DNA of 61,755 nucleotides, the filler included, from Choristocarpus tenellus KU-1152 (taxonomy: Eukaryota; Protista; Phaeophyceae), in NCBI GenBank assembly GCA_964200185.2. It is 11 parts of 11 records of this genome, joined end to end, with 100 filler letters (N's around TTAATTAATTAA, not from the genome) between each part and the next. Parts side by side here need not be neighbours in the genome. Positions count along the whole stretch, not along the records: positions 12,181 to 20,418 come from CAXNAD020004948.1; positions 20,519 to 26,966 come from CAXNAD020008123.1; 9 more parts are not named here. One strand, written 5' to 3'. The number at the start of each line of letters is the position of its first letter. Within the stretch, counting starts at the first letter, position 1. The translations under genes and the position numbers were made by a program. Shown in pieces: positions 12,419-25,296 of this stretch. A model generated the notes under the pieces. The model saw nothing but the letters and a program-made list of their open reading frames with translations. It had not been told where the DNA came from and did no database searches.

Positions 12419-13058
12419 ACAGTAGATTGTACCATTGTATCATGTCCTCTCTCATTTTGAATAGATGTGTGAGGGAACTGTGCAAAATAGGACATTGGTG
12501 AGGTGTACCTTATTTTGTGTATATGAGATTATTGTGTTGAGTTGAGTCCATGTGATGTAACTAATGAAGTAGTGCATCCGGATTATATATGGGATTAATT
12601 ATTGGTATTTATTCCGCATTCAACTACTTTGACGTAACCATTGACATATGTATGAGACACAAATAATAATAAAACATGCAATGAGAAGACACCCTACAAA
12701 GGTCATGTAATCACGTTCAGCAAAGGGGGTCGGGTGAGGCTTCACACCTTCTTATCTTCACTACTAACAAATAGTATTACCTCCCAAAGTAATTTGCACA
12801 GGTTATGAGCCTCAGTAGTATGGAGAAAAGGAGCAGGTGATGGGCCCGAACGACATGAAGAACTTGCCCAACTGAACTGGAGCACCAGCATGATCAGTGG
12901 AGACTTGGACAGCATGAAGATTATATCTGGTGGTCTATACCAGCGAAAGGGTCTGTAAGACACCATGCGGCGAAAATACGTCCTCCTGAACTCACGGAGA
13001 CACTAACGGAACAGGAACGAATATCGCACGGAAACTACGAAAGAGAGGAATCAACGAA

Positions 13059-13180
13059 GGATGCGTGGAGGACTAGATCGCAGTGCAGCTCAACGGAAGA
13101 CACGCGGAGGACTAGATCCCCGTGCAGCTCAACAGAAGACGTGCAGAGGACGAGATCCTCGTGCAGCTCATCACAAGACC
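13059..13180 (+). repeat. 39-bp tandem repeat, 3 copies
   Basis: Unit approximately GACACGCGGAGGACTAGATCCCCGTGCAGCTCAACAGAA. Confidence 0.85.
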
Positions 13181-13366
13181 CGATATAATAAGCTACAGGA
13201 AGCTGAAACGGGCAATAGTATCATCATCATCATCCCAACAAAGTAGACCTGCACCTTCGACACAAATGGAAGATGGAGGCTAAGGAGGCATGAGACATGG
13301 TACGATCGATAACAAGCAAGAACTGGAGGTCAAGAAGATACTTTGGGTACCTGGTATGCCATGCCG

Positions 13367-13492
<126 letters not shown>

Positions 13493-13598
13493 GTCCTTAC
13501 ACCTTTGGTTTGGTCGAGGTCGCTTCCGAATCGTAGCGGTGCCCTCCACAACAAGCACCAAAATCCTGTTCAACAATAATATATCCCATTCAAAAAGG

Positions 13599-13718
13599 GG
13601 CCCTTAAAAAGTGCTGCAACATTTACAAAAAAAATTACGGGCACTTTCCGCGCACCATTTTAGGTCAAACTCATCCTCCATGAAATGCTCCATCCTCAAT
13701 TTTGCCGAGAGGCTGTTA
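13599..13718 (+). mobile_element. Terminal segment of repeat family C
   Basis: Homologous to 5967-6093 and to the right arm of 6178-6380; ends in CTGTTA. Confidence 0.65.
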
Positions 13719-13731
13719 AATGGACACACAC

Positions 13732-14584
13732 CTCACTGCGTCCTGCATTGCATCTGCCATTCTGTTGCCCATCACATTGACTCTTTCCACCTGTGATACA
13801 CAAGCACGTAGGCTCGTATAGATGTATATATTATATAGAAATGTACAAAAATAACACATCCAAGGCACACGCACACACGCACTCGTACAAAAATGCCTAC
13901 CAAGTAAATAATCAAGCAAAAATGTCTATGAAGCAATAATGTAAGTAATCAACAATGGACACAATGGCACATACATGGTTTTGACTTTACGAAGAAAAAA
14001 ATGCTGACAAAACACAAATAGCAACTTCTACATCCAATCCAAGCACGGTGCAACGATAGTAATAAAAAATGTTGGTTAGGATTATTATGATGAAATACAA
14101 GAGGCGACCTCAACATCCAATCCAGAATACTAGAACAATCACTACTACACTATGAATAAAAACAATAAAATATTTATTATTATTATACAAAAACAAAGAA
14201 TAACAATAAAACACTACCACTACTAACTATTAGTGAAGTATCGGTTACTATAGACATCATACCATCACGACCACCGAAAAATACTGTTCGACGTGTACCT
14301 ACTTGCTGGTTGGTCTCAAGTTGTAGGGCAGTAACCCTCGCCACTGCAGCATCACGCTCCTTCCCCACCTCATCAAACGCCAGCTGACTTGCCCTCAAGT
14401 ATCCCGATGTGGCCTTCATTGCCGCCGCACTCTTCTCAGATTCCTGAGAGTGATCGCGCCTAGACTCCATAACGCGCCTCATGGTTGTGCTGAGGGCCTC
14501 CTTGGTCTTCTCCGTCTCCTCATTCACCCCTCGAAGTAAGCACACTGAAGTCTCCGCGCTTGCTTCAGCTGATGCAAGGCCAGT
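13732..14584 (-). CDS. Two internal exons of an unknown coiled-coil protein
   Basis: Exon 14584-14303 (TGLASAEASAETS...ERDAAVARVTALQLETNQQ, 94 codons) and exon 13790-13732 (VERVNVMGNRMADAMQDAV); GT-AG boundaries, phase-compatible, higher GC than the flanks. Confidence 0.6.
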
Positions 14585-14744
14585 CTATAGGCACCATGTA
14601 CCATGAGAGAACAAAAAAACAACAGCATCAAGACATCCACAATACAAGGTGTCTCGATCACATTTCTAGCCGTACCAATTACAACCACATTCTAAATGAC
14701 ATCATTGATATCAAGCTTTTTACTCTTCAATTAAAAATACTATA

Positions 14745-15003
14745 GAGTGAAAGTAGCTTAGAGGGTACGAGTTTTGCCCTTTTTGTCCATTTGTGGCTTG
14801 GCTTCCCATGTTTTTTTTTATTACATTTTCCTACTCCAAAATGTTTCGGAGTAGGTAAGACGTATACTTTATGAAAAGGAGTGTTCGGAACAAAGATATT
14901 GACACTTCCAAACAAACAAAATAATCAAAATTACATAAAAATTGCAACATTGGATTTTGGCCCCGAAATGGACACGGCCCTAACTTCTAAGATACTTTGG
15001 CTC
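14745..15003 (+). mobile_element. MITE family B
   Basis: GAGTGAAAGTAGCTTAGAGGG ... TCTAAGATACTTTGGCTC. Confidence 0.85.
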
Positions 15004-15981
15004 AAACACATACAGACCATATGTCAACGGTCCATATGCCAGGTAGCAGCCTTTTGGTGGCATTGCCTGCAGACTCACACGGTTGTTGTGTTTCATACAG
15101 TAAGAAGCTATCCTTGCTCAAGACTGTAAATATCCACACACAAATATTCCTGACCATTATTGTGCACACCGTACACATTGAAAATGGTACAAAATAGAAA
15201 ATACGTATGTATGCATGTATATATTTCGAATTATAGATTGTCCAATCATCCAAGAAATACAAGATGTGTGGACAATTGTTAGCACCTCCATCATGCACAC
15301 TGATAATCTCATTTCACTGTACCAATCCAGAAAACATGGAACAGATATCGCATATTCTGATTGACCATCTACATGTGTAACCTATTTCAGGTTGACCTTT
15401 TCCTTATGGGGTGTCCTGATGTACAATCTCTCTCAATGCTAATCATTCATTCAGCATGCAACCCCCTTGCCTCGGTCAAGGTAGGATACTCCTACCACCT
15501 ACATACAAAAATCGCATTGCACATTATCACCTCTCAACCTCAATCACAATACAAATTGTAATCACACCAAACAGCAACAATCTACTCCCACATGCTGGGC
15601 CGAGCTTGCATTTGAGATGTGCACGTGCAGGCTAAGTGATCAAAACCTCAAGAGCTGTGATGAAGAAGGATACAGCAGTTGAGGCCTATGGCAAGGAGAA
15701 GCAACTTGTTCAAATGTGGAGGGCTCATCTCAAGAACAATAACTGCCTCTTACCCCATTGCTCTCCATATCAAAATAGATCCATAACGACCAAGTCACCA
15801 TTGACCCCATAAGATCACCAAAAGGCGTTAGAGATATTCCACCGCACTTGTACCACCACATTACCTACCTTTGCTGATAATATTAAAGTGCATGCTGTGC
15901 AAATGTCTCCTTCCGAAATAGTGAATCACAAACCTTACACCTATCCCAAAAGGTCTAACATAGTTAATGTATCCACATAGA

Positions 15982-16143
15982 GGCTCAAAGTATAAGGACG
16001 GGGCCCATCTTCCCATGTCGCGATTTATTTCTGGTGATTTGGTTGCATGTGTCGGATGAGTAATGTAAACGCACGTCTCCTGGCCAGGAAACAAATATGA
16101 CACGCTGGTGTAAGCCCCTCCCTCCCCTCAGATACGTTGAGCC
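15982..16143 (-). mobile_element. MITE family A, reverse orientation, with AGA TSD
   Basis: aga|GGCTCAAAGTAT ... AGATACGTTGAGCC|aga. Confidence 0.8.
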
Positions 16144-18275
16144 AGAAATTTTGGCGTGTGTGCACCTTGAAACCTACTCATAAACGATGATTGAACCATG
16201 TGAAGCGCTACATCAGGAATGATGTTGTAAACGTGAATGTATGGTTTATGGAAGTATTTTCTAGTTGATAACTTGATGCATCTTGTGCCAATGTGGTCAC
16301 TAAAGACACAGTGCAATGCAGAAAATGCAGAGAATTACACCCTCCTTGTAATGTACGCCAAATTTCAAACAAAGTTTCACCAAACAGTCCTCTGGGGTGT
16401 TCATCACACTCACCACCCTCCTCGAACGAATGGAAACAAGGGCGATCAACATACATACGTTATGTATCCCTACCCCCACATCCCACTATCTTCCGCGATC
16501 ATACAAGAAAGGTTTGTGAGATGCCAGCAGTAACCTGGTAGTGTATCAAGAAAAAGGGGCGAAGAGGGGAAAAAGGAAGACCTGTCTCTTGGGGACTGAC
16601 TAGGTGCACTTATAAAATCTCAAAAACAGCGACCCTCAAAAGGCCTTTGCTTGCCACGATGCAAGTACGATATCTGGTGTGCTCGAGTTGTTATGTAGGA
16701 GTAGAACATGGCTTGAGTTAGGAATAGTGTGTTGCAGTTTATAGAATTATTCATCTCTTGTAGTTCTGATAAATGATGAAGGTGAGAGTAGCGGGATGGT
16801 GCTTCCTAGTTTTAGTATGTTGAACTCGTTCATGTAGCGGTAATATTTTTGTATGTACAATCCATGGCCACATATTATCCCACAGGAACCTGCGCAAAGA
16901 AAGGGGAAGGGGGTCAGAAAGGCTGGGAGAAATTCGAAGCCACACTGCACGAGAAAGTATATACATACGTAATAACACCTCTATCCCCCAAGATCACAAG
17001 AAACTCTGAAAAATAGAAATTACAACTGTGCCAATATGTGAGCCACCCACACAACGATACCCAGAAGTTTAAAACGACTGAACTAGAGGGAGTTCAAAAT
17101 GGGAAGACACTAGTAGCTACTGCTGGACGTGATTCATTGAATGTTTGAAGCTATTGTTAGACACCCCACCTTTGCCTGCTACCTCAAACCCTAACATTTG
17201 TCAAGCACTCTTGACTCGATGGTCGACCCAAATATGATCTTTCGGTGAGTTGTCACGCAGGGCCATGACATGTGATACCCTCATCATTGCTTCAGAGTTC
17301 CTCTTGGCAATTTGAAACATCACATCTACATGCAGACCCCCCAACTATGTATGCATGCTTGCTCAATCACCAAATTTGTAGAGGCAGGCACAGATTCTCC
17401 CTGTGCTTTTCCTTCTAGTGCTGCCCGAGCACTGGGACTGTTTAGTGGCAAGTGTTCTTCTCCTCTTTTCTCCCCCTATCATAGCCTCCGCAGGTTTACC
17501 TACACACGTTCCCCCCGCTGTACCTTTTCCTTCACAACTGCTGGAGCACTGTGGCTACTAACTGGCACTGCTGCTCCTCCTTTGTTCCCAGCATAACCCC
17601 CACCTGTCAAGTTCCCCACTCACAGCATTTGAGCCTACAGTATGGCGTCCGGGCCATCGAATTTCGGTAGTAGCCCATTATGGTAGTTACAAGAGATGCA
17701 CAGGAGTATTATACAGGATTGTCACTCAACAAACAACAACGAAGATACAATGGGTTATCAGAGAGAAGAACTTTACCACTCTACAACTACCTCACTGACA
17801 TTATACCCCACCTCACCTTCTTCTCTGTCTCACCGCTCCCAAACGTTCTTGTTGTATATCAAGTAATCCTTGATCACTACCTCCATCTCTCTGGAGAGAC
17901 CCGCACGGGCATGGCAAGATCATGAATAGATCTGCAACTGGTTCTAAAATAACCATTGCTGTATCAGGAGTTCTTGTCTCTTGTATGGTCCTTTGCCAGT
18001 TCCTGTAACAACAACAGTGTGCAATATTTTGTACTACCCCATACTCTTTTGGTAAGAAGAAGCCCTGCTTCCCCCCTCTGTCAAAAGGTAACCTGCCCCG
18101 ATTGAAAGGAATAGGTCTCACAATACACTGATATGTATTAGTAAAGCTTTTGCAACAACGTTAATACCATTTACACCACTGTGATATTTTAATGAAGCAC
18201 TTTGCAGGTTTCCGAATCCAACAGCATCAGTCTCAAACCAAGTGATTATAGCACCCAAAATTTGCACTGTACATT

Positions 18276-18533
18276 GAGTGGAAGTATCTTAGAGGGTACG
18301 AGTTTTGCCCTGTTTGTCCGTTTGGGGATTGACTTCCCACAGTTTTTTTTATGACATTTTCCTACACCGAAATGTTTCGGAGCAGGTAAAATATATAGGT
18401 TACGAAAGGGTGAGCTCAGAACAAGGATATTGACACTTGCTAACAAATGCGTAGCCAAAATTACATCAAAATCGCAACATTGGATTGTGGCACCCAAATG
18501 GACGCGGATCTACCCTCTAAGATACTTTGACTC
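18276..18533 (+). mobile_element. MITE family B with ATT TSD
   Basis: att|GAGTGGAAGTATCTTAGAGGGTA ... TACCCTCTAAGATACTTTGACTC|att. Confidence 0.9.
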
Positions 18534-18958
18534 ATTGTTGTAGAAAATTCCGCCTATCTCGTAGCTTTGAATCGCTATCCAACAAGTTAAATACCAACAC
18601 CAACATTCCTGTGTATAAGCTATAGTCTGCATATTTACGTATAGATTGTATGTCAATGTTCAATACATCTGGCAGTCCTGTATCTCCGCAGGGACACGCA
18701 AGGACAGTGTAGTCACAGTTGTTGAACTTTGATTCTGCAATGGAACTGTGAAGTGAAGTCGGAATATTCTACTCGACCCATTTTCCACAATAATCCACCT
18801 CTGACCCTTGCATCTGTTGGAAGAAGATCCTCATCTTAAGAACCTTGAACATGTCACTTGGTAGGCTTTCCATTAGCAGCCCACCGCATATATAGACTTG
18901 TTCTGAATTATGTTGAAAAGAAAAATCATATGGTTTCAACTCATGTATGTATACAAAC

Positions 18959-19137
18959 GACCCAAAGTATCTGGGGGGGTAAGGGGGTCTACAATAGGGT
19001 GTCCATTTTGGACCATAACCAGGAAAGTGCACTTACATTTATCCATCCGATAAGTGCCACCAAATCACCAAAAAAACGCGACATGGAAAAATTGACCCAA
19101 AATAGACAGCTGCAACCCCCCGCAGATACTTTGAGCC
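18959..19137 (+). mobile_element. MITE family A
   Basis: GACCCAAAGTATCTG ... CAGATACTTTGAGCC. Confidence 0.88.
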
Positions 19138-19302
19138 AAACACATTAAGAAATACAACTCAGATAGAATCATGTTTTCATGATCACATTATTTTGTCTAT
19201 CTGGCCTCATAGGGCACATCTCATGTTAAAATACATAGTATTCGTGTCAAAAATAGTTCTAGAGGTTGAGGGCTAGGACGTCAAAGAGGAAATGGAAAAT
19301 AC

Positions 19303-20418
19303 TACTACCCCCCGTGCCATAAATCTGTGATGTGTTGTCTACCACTTTTGAACATGTTGATCAAATTCATTTCTGAAAGAAGATTTGGAATCCTTGACGA
19401 ATTTCTGTTTAGGGTCAGCTCTTGTTGTTATTACTCCCCATCCATCACAACTTTATAAGCCACAGAAAACGTCTTCATGTCTACCTTTGGCGTGTTTTCA
19501 AGCTCACCAGACAACTGCCTATTCCATACCCCTGTGTGCTCACAATGAAGTCATTCCCCCCTTTGTATCTAAGTACTTGATTGTACACCATAAAAAGGAC
19601 CTGCCAAGCCCTCTCAAGTGTGGTTTCATCGAACTCTTCATACTGTTTCTTAATGACCTTCATCATCTCCTCCATGGACCCAAACCGCTCCCCCATCACC
19701 CAGCATTTCAAAGACCTGAAGAAGCACAGTTCCATGATATTAAGGTCGGGGGAGTTACATGGCTGCGTCACAAGCCTAATCGACCACCCCTCAGTCTTCT
19801 TTGCCCCTGACAAGATTTCTGAGTTGCTCTTGCCCGTTTGGGAGGTGGCACCATCTTGCTGAACAACAACGTGCTTCCCCTGCAAGCAAGGCATGTCGGT
19901 CTTGATTGCAGGGAATAACTCCTCCGTGTATCACTTCCTGTACCTTGTCCAAAGTACAGTCCTGCTCGTACACATCCCACTTTTTATGGTTCTTGCTTGT
20001 CCTGCCTGCCGTTATTGGTGTACATACACACCAAACACCAAGCTTTCCATCAAAGCTGTGAGTTGAATCTGGGTGGGCGTTGGCTGCAATGATCATGGTT
20101 TTGGGGATATGACTCTTGTACAGCATAGTAGGAGACCCTGGAAGGTCGCAATCATCCTCCTGCGGAAATACCCTAACCCTTTTCCCCATCAGCCATCACG
20201 TAAAACCAGGTTTCACCCACATGGATCATGTTCGCCATGGAGGCGTACGCACCACGTTTCCGGTCTACTTGGTCACAAATAAAGTCCATTCTCCATACCT
20301 TTCACCATGATCTAAGCTTGGGTTTGATCCAGCGACAATTTGGCATGGCCCCCATTGTTGAAACCTGAATCGAATGCATTGTATATGATACATAGACTAC
20401 GAAGGAAGAGGAATCATG
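19303..20418 (-). mobile_element. Degenerate Tc1/mariner transposon (DD39D-related), 5' part cut by contig end
   Basis: Frameshifted transposase: HIPKTMIIAANAHPD..FDGKLGVW and VVVQQDGA..IRLVTQPCNSPDLNIMELCFFRSLK..GGNDF. TA plus a CTACCCCCCGT TIR-like end at 19303. Confidence 0.88.
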
Positions 20419-22467
20419 NNNNNNNNNNNNNNNNNNNNNNNNNNNNNNNNNNNNNNNNNNNNTTAATTAATTAANNNNNNNNNNNNNNNNNNNNNNNNNN
20501 NNNNNNNNNNNNNNNNNNCGGCGAGTTTTACCCGCGTACCCCGATCTCCTGAAAAGGCAACACACAACACAACACAACACAACAGCGCCAGAGCGACAAG
20601 CAGTCACGATCAAGGACCGTGGCCATAGCATCACAGAACGAATTGTTCCTACTTTAATTAAGGAGGCGTTATTCACCCGTCTGTTCGTCCTGTACCCCGC
20701 CTTCCACAACAATTGTCACCACTGGTGATTCCGTCTGTAGCAACCAAACCAACAAAATCCACACTCGAAATCAAGACACTAGAACGACCGACCGACCGAC
20801 CATCCGTCCGTCTACACATGGGGGGGCGTCCTTAGTTGAAGGGGGGGGGGGTTACCGGGCCATAACTCCTGCCAGAAAACAAATTTTGGCACCAAACTGA
20901 TTGCAAAACAAAAGAAACACACCTCATGCTGTCTGTCATAACCCTCAGGGCAATCTACGATTGTTTTGTCTTATCTGCCGAAGGAGGGAACCTTTCCGTA
21001 CCCTTTTGTTTTGGTCAGTGGCCTGCCCCCCCGCCCCCCGGTGAAAGCCCTGTTTGTACTGCTGGCCACTCTTGGCTCTGAGCGGTTCCAGGGCAGGGTG
21101 GGGGGCTGGTGACGGCATGGGGATAGTATCTCCATTGTGCGAATATATATATATTATATATAATATATATATATCAATATTTTTTTCCCAGGAGATGATG
21201 TCTACATTGTCATTTTAACTGCATTTTCTTCAAACATGTCTAGATACTACAACCTTTCAAGAGCGTCTTGTTTTTTCATTCCATGGATAGAGTCACTGCC
21301 AACTCCCAAACAATGACAAACAATGACATTGGAAGGGTCGCCAGGAAAAACTGTTTTAATTTAATACCTTAGATCTTGGTTAATTTAATACCGTAGATCC
21401 TTGGTTAATGCAATATTTTGACAATATTGTCACTTACTGGAGGAATGGATAGGGTTAGGGCTATAGACAACAAAAAAGAGGAAAATATTGATTTTTCAGG
21501 GAAAGTTGGCTCTTTCTTTCAATGTCACACAGGTCAAAACAAGTAAGCAACTATTTTCATCCCAGCAATGACCACAATATCTTGACTCAGGTAAGTTCGA
21601 GTAGTTGGCAATGTTGCACTCTCAATCATTGTGAAATTCCTCCGTAGCACTCTCCAACGTCTCCAACTTGCCCTGTAGTGCCACTGGCTGCTGAACAGTT
21701 TAATCAGATATGTTTTGAAGCATAACATGTCCTTCCAAACCAAAGATACAAAAGGCTCCACTTCACTTCACAATATTGTTGGAAGTGTTGGACGTATGAT
21801 AGACTCTAACTGCAGTCTACCATTGAGTTCCAGGGCTCATCATAACATGAACAGCAGTACCAATCTAACAAAGCATAATAACATTAAAAAAACAAGCGAA
21901 ATACTCTGTGAAACAAAAAATGGCCCCTGCCATATTAACACCATATATATATAGTTATATATATAGTTATGCCACAAATATTGCGTTCAAACCTTCACAC
22001 AAAGCCAAAAAAAAAAGAAAACGAAATGCCCAAAAAAAAAATCCAAGGAATATTAATTCTGGGTCAAAATCAAGTCACCTTTTCAAGACCACAATATTCA
22101 AGCGGAAAGAGTGTTTTCAGTTGGGTTTTCAGATACAGCGGATAGGCTGGAACCAACATAGGTTGAGTCCATGATCCCAAAACTAACATATTCTTTTTAA
22201 AGAGTATGTTCTACTCTTCCTAAGCATGCAGCCGATAACAAATACTCAATCCGAGAGACTGTATAGAGGTACAACACCGTGGTATTTACCACAAATGGTA
22301 AAACAAATTAGACTCATACCGTCACCAGTTGCTTGACAGTCACATCATACTGTCACATCATACAGTCAACTGAACCACACCCCTCTTCGAGCGCTGCTCA
22401 AAACAGCTCAAATTGAGAGCAAAGGATACTGTCAGGGGGGAGGGGGGGTGATGCGAGGTAGACGTAC

Positions 22468-22684
22468 CTTGCCATACTTGAGGCTGCGTGTGTGTAGGGC
22501 AATGGTGCCGTCCTGATTCACCTGCTGAACTTCAGCCTAAATACAGTATTAGAAGGGGGGAAAGCAGTGGACAATGCATGTTAGTTAGTGGCTAACTGTA
22601 TCTGTATGCCTATACATCTCCTTGCGTATGTATTTCAATGCCTCCAAGTGTTTATATTCATACTTGCATATAGGACTATATATA

Positions 22685-22721
<37 letters not shown>

Positions 22722-25296
22722 TATCCCTTCCAGTGGGTATGTTCCATGTTAACACGTGATGATTTGGCTATGCTATGTGTCACTAGACAAACGTCTCACG
22801 CTGATGAGGTCGTGCTCCTCAAAGAACGTCCTCATTTGCAGCTGATCTTCATAGGTGCGTATCCGCTGCTGCCCCCCCGGCAAGTTCACAGAGCTCAGCA
22901 TCAAGACTGCGTGTTTGTGCGCTCCAACCTTACGTACGGAGAGAGAGTAAACATTCAATGGTGCCAGGACTTACCGGATGAGGACCTGGAGCAAGGAGTT
23001 AAAATATCAAGGGAAATAAATACTATACCGTATAAGTCACACCATCCGCATCACATTCAGGGCAATAGGATTCAGTCCCACCCTAAACTTAATCTTATTA
23101 TTATTATCATTATGATTATTATTATTAGTAGTAGTAGTAGTAGTAGTAGTATTATTAGTAGTATTTTTGTTGTTGCCATTGGGAAAATTCGGTTACAAGA
23201 GTTACATATGAGCTTGGGACCTAATCCTCTTAGCGATAGGGTCAAACTTTGACTGCTGAAGGGACAGGGCCTGTGATGGGTTTGGACTGGCCTTGGAATT
23301 ACATTCCACGCTGGTGGTAGTGACTACAGACCCTTAAGATTAAAGGAGGAGGGTCGTAGTGGGGAATGACAGAGGGGAAGAAGGGCGCCAGTTTGCTGCC
23401 CAGGGAATGGATATTTGGCAGTTCAGGGGAGGCATCACGCTGTTAGACCTTTTGAGGTTTCGCCCGAGGGTTGCTATCCCTCTAGTCAGCTGACTATCTG
23501 CTCGGTAGCTCAGTGGTTTACTAATAATTACCAAGGCTACTGTCATGGGATCGAATCCCGGCATGGTTACATGGTTACATATCCGTCAAAAGGCTAAAAC
23601 ACGTCGCCAGGATACACAACCTAACATTAGTAACACCCTGCCGAAGTTGGTCACTGATTAGAGGGATAGCAACCCTCGGGCGAAACCTCAAAAAATGTAA
23701 CAGCTTGCGATCCCTGGGAGTAGCTTTTGTTGAAACATTAGTAAACCCCTGAGCTACCGAGCAGATAGTCGTACGGGGTTATATAATAAATATATATAAA
23801 ATATAATAATATATATTATAATAATAAAATAAACATCGTACGGGGTTATATAACAAATAAATATAAAATATATTAATATATTTATTATAATATAACCCCG
23901 TACGACTATCTGCTCGGTAGCTTAGGGGTTTACTAATGTTTCAACATGGCATTGCCAGAGGCGAGCAAGCCCTCAGGAAAAGATCTCGAAACTTCATAAT
24001 CAACAGAAAACTTCAAGGCAATGCCACATATCCTATGCTGTGCAGTGAGTGAGTCTGAAAACAGGTGTAACACAAAACAACACACCCCGATGTAAAATAT
24101 TTAGGTACCAATCTACCACCGTGGGGATTTTGTCACACAAGTGGCTGCCCCGGTATCGCATCCCTGACCAAAATTATACATCAGTATGCTACCCGGCTTG
24201 ATGTGAAGGCCATCACCCCACTAGTTAAGTGCACTCCCCGAGTGATCATCTCAAATTTTGTGTTTCATTGTAAGTGATGTGAACTTTGCTGGGTGCAAGT
24301 TGCGGGTTGTTACGCTCACCTCTACACTCCAGCGCCGAGACCCAACCTCCGAGATGCGCCCCACAACCAGGTCACCCACTTCCCCAATGTACCTGCCAGG
24401 TCAAGTGCTGGAGTGAGGTCTAGGAAGGGGGGGGGATTAGGTCAGGCTTTGATTTCTGGGTGGTCCACGCTTAGGCCACTATTGATAGGTAGGTGGGTGC
24501 AGGCAGCGGGGTTGGAGCGAGGATGACAAAAACACAGCACATGAAAAAATACTTGTGTGTTGGGCCATAAAGATGTTGCTTAAGGATATACAGAGCAAAC
24601 TGTGATTCACGCAATACAGTAGTTACACCCACAAGGCAAACATTAAGCCTTGGAGTCAAATCCAAGATGCGAGGGCCATTCCCCACAAACCTAGACTTGA
24701 TGGGCCGAACGGAGATGAGCTTGTTGACTCTCTCCACCACCCCCGCTACACAGGCCACGAGCCTAGGCTCCCCTTCATCATCCTCTTCCATGTAGGTACC
24801 GTGCCCTCGCAGGTATCCCTGCATCGTGGTGATCACCTGTGTAGTTGATTTTCGGGTGATACGGGCGGGGAACGTTCACGGGATGTCATGACCATTCTCC
24901 CGTCACTCCTCAATTGGCAGGGGGGATCGAAAGGGTACATCCCCATTAGTTTTTTACTTAATCACATTAGCTCGGCGGGTTTTCTGTGGGGGCAGGGATA
25001 AGCGGGGACTTAGTGAGTGGGATCAATCGTTCCTCCAGGTCGATAGAGTCTGTGGGGTTAGATATGTCAGATGATCGATCTTATACCATACTTGTATTTT
25101 CAACCAACTAAGGGCGCTTCCAAAGAAGTCTTCTATTGCGGGGAGGTGGAAAGGGTCGGGGTACTCATATGGCCTAGACGAAGCAAATTTGGTAACGCAA
25201 GGTTTGGTAAGGACTTGAAACTCAGTCACCGAAGCTCTGTTCAATCGCAGCAGTCACCTGCCCTGGAACTACGATAAGGTGGTCGGAGTAGCTCAT
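22468..25296 (-). CDS. RRP4: Exosome complex component RRP4 (EXOSC2), exons 1-5 (3' part not found)
   Basis: Phase-consistent exons: 25296-25258 (MSYSDHLIVVPGQ), 24836-24691 (VITTMQGYLRGHGTY..VAGVVERVNKLISVRPIKSR), 24392-24320 (YIGEVGDLVVGRISEV..RRWSVE), 22928-22800 (LSSVNLPGG..EDQLQMRTFFEEHDLIS), 22536-22468 (AEVQQVNQDGTIALHTRSLKYGK). Confidence 0.96.
23432..23946. repeat. Intronic tandem and inverted repeat cluster with tRNA-like A/B boxes and a hammerhead-like motif
   Basis: A-box-like TAGCTCAGTGG (23506) and B-box-like GGGATCGAATCCC (23557). Block 23438-23494 is inverted at 23650-23705. Inverted 57-bp arms lie at 23728-23784 and 23890-23946. Confidence 0.7.

Noticed and set aside
16293-16541. 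CRKC..H..C motif as a Fanzor/TnpB zinc finger or gag knuckle
   Set aside because: There are no RuvC motifs and the spacing does not fit CCHC; at most it is an unclassifiable decayed TE.
23498-23575. Functional tRNA gene
   Set aside because: A- and B-box-like motifs are present, but there is no convincing acceptor or anticodon stem and the sequence is part of a repeat.
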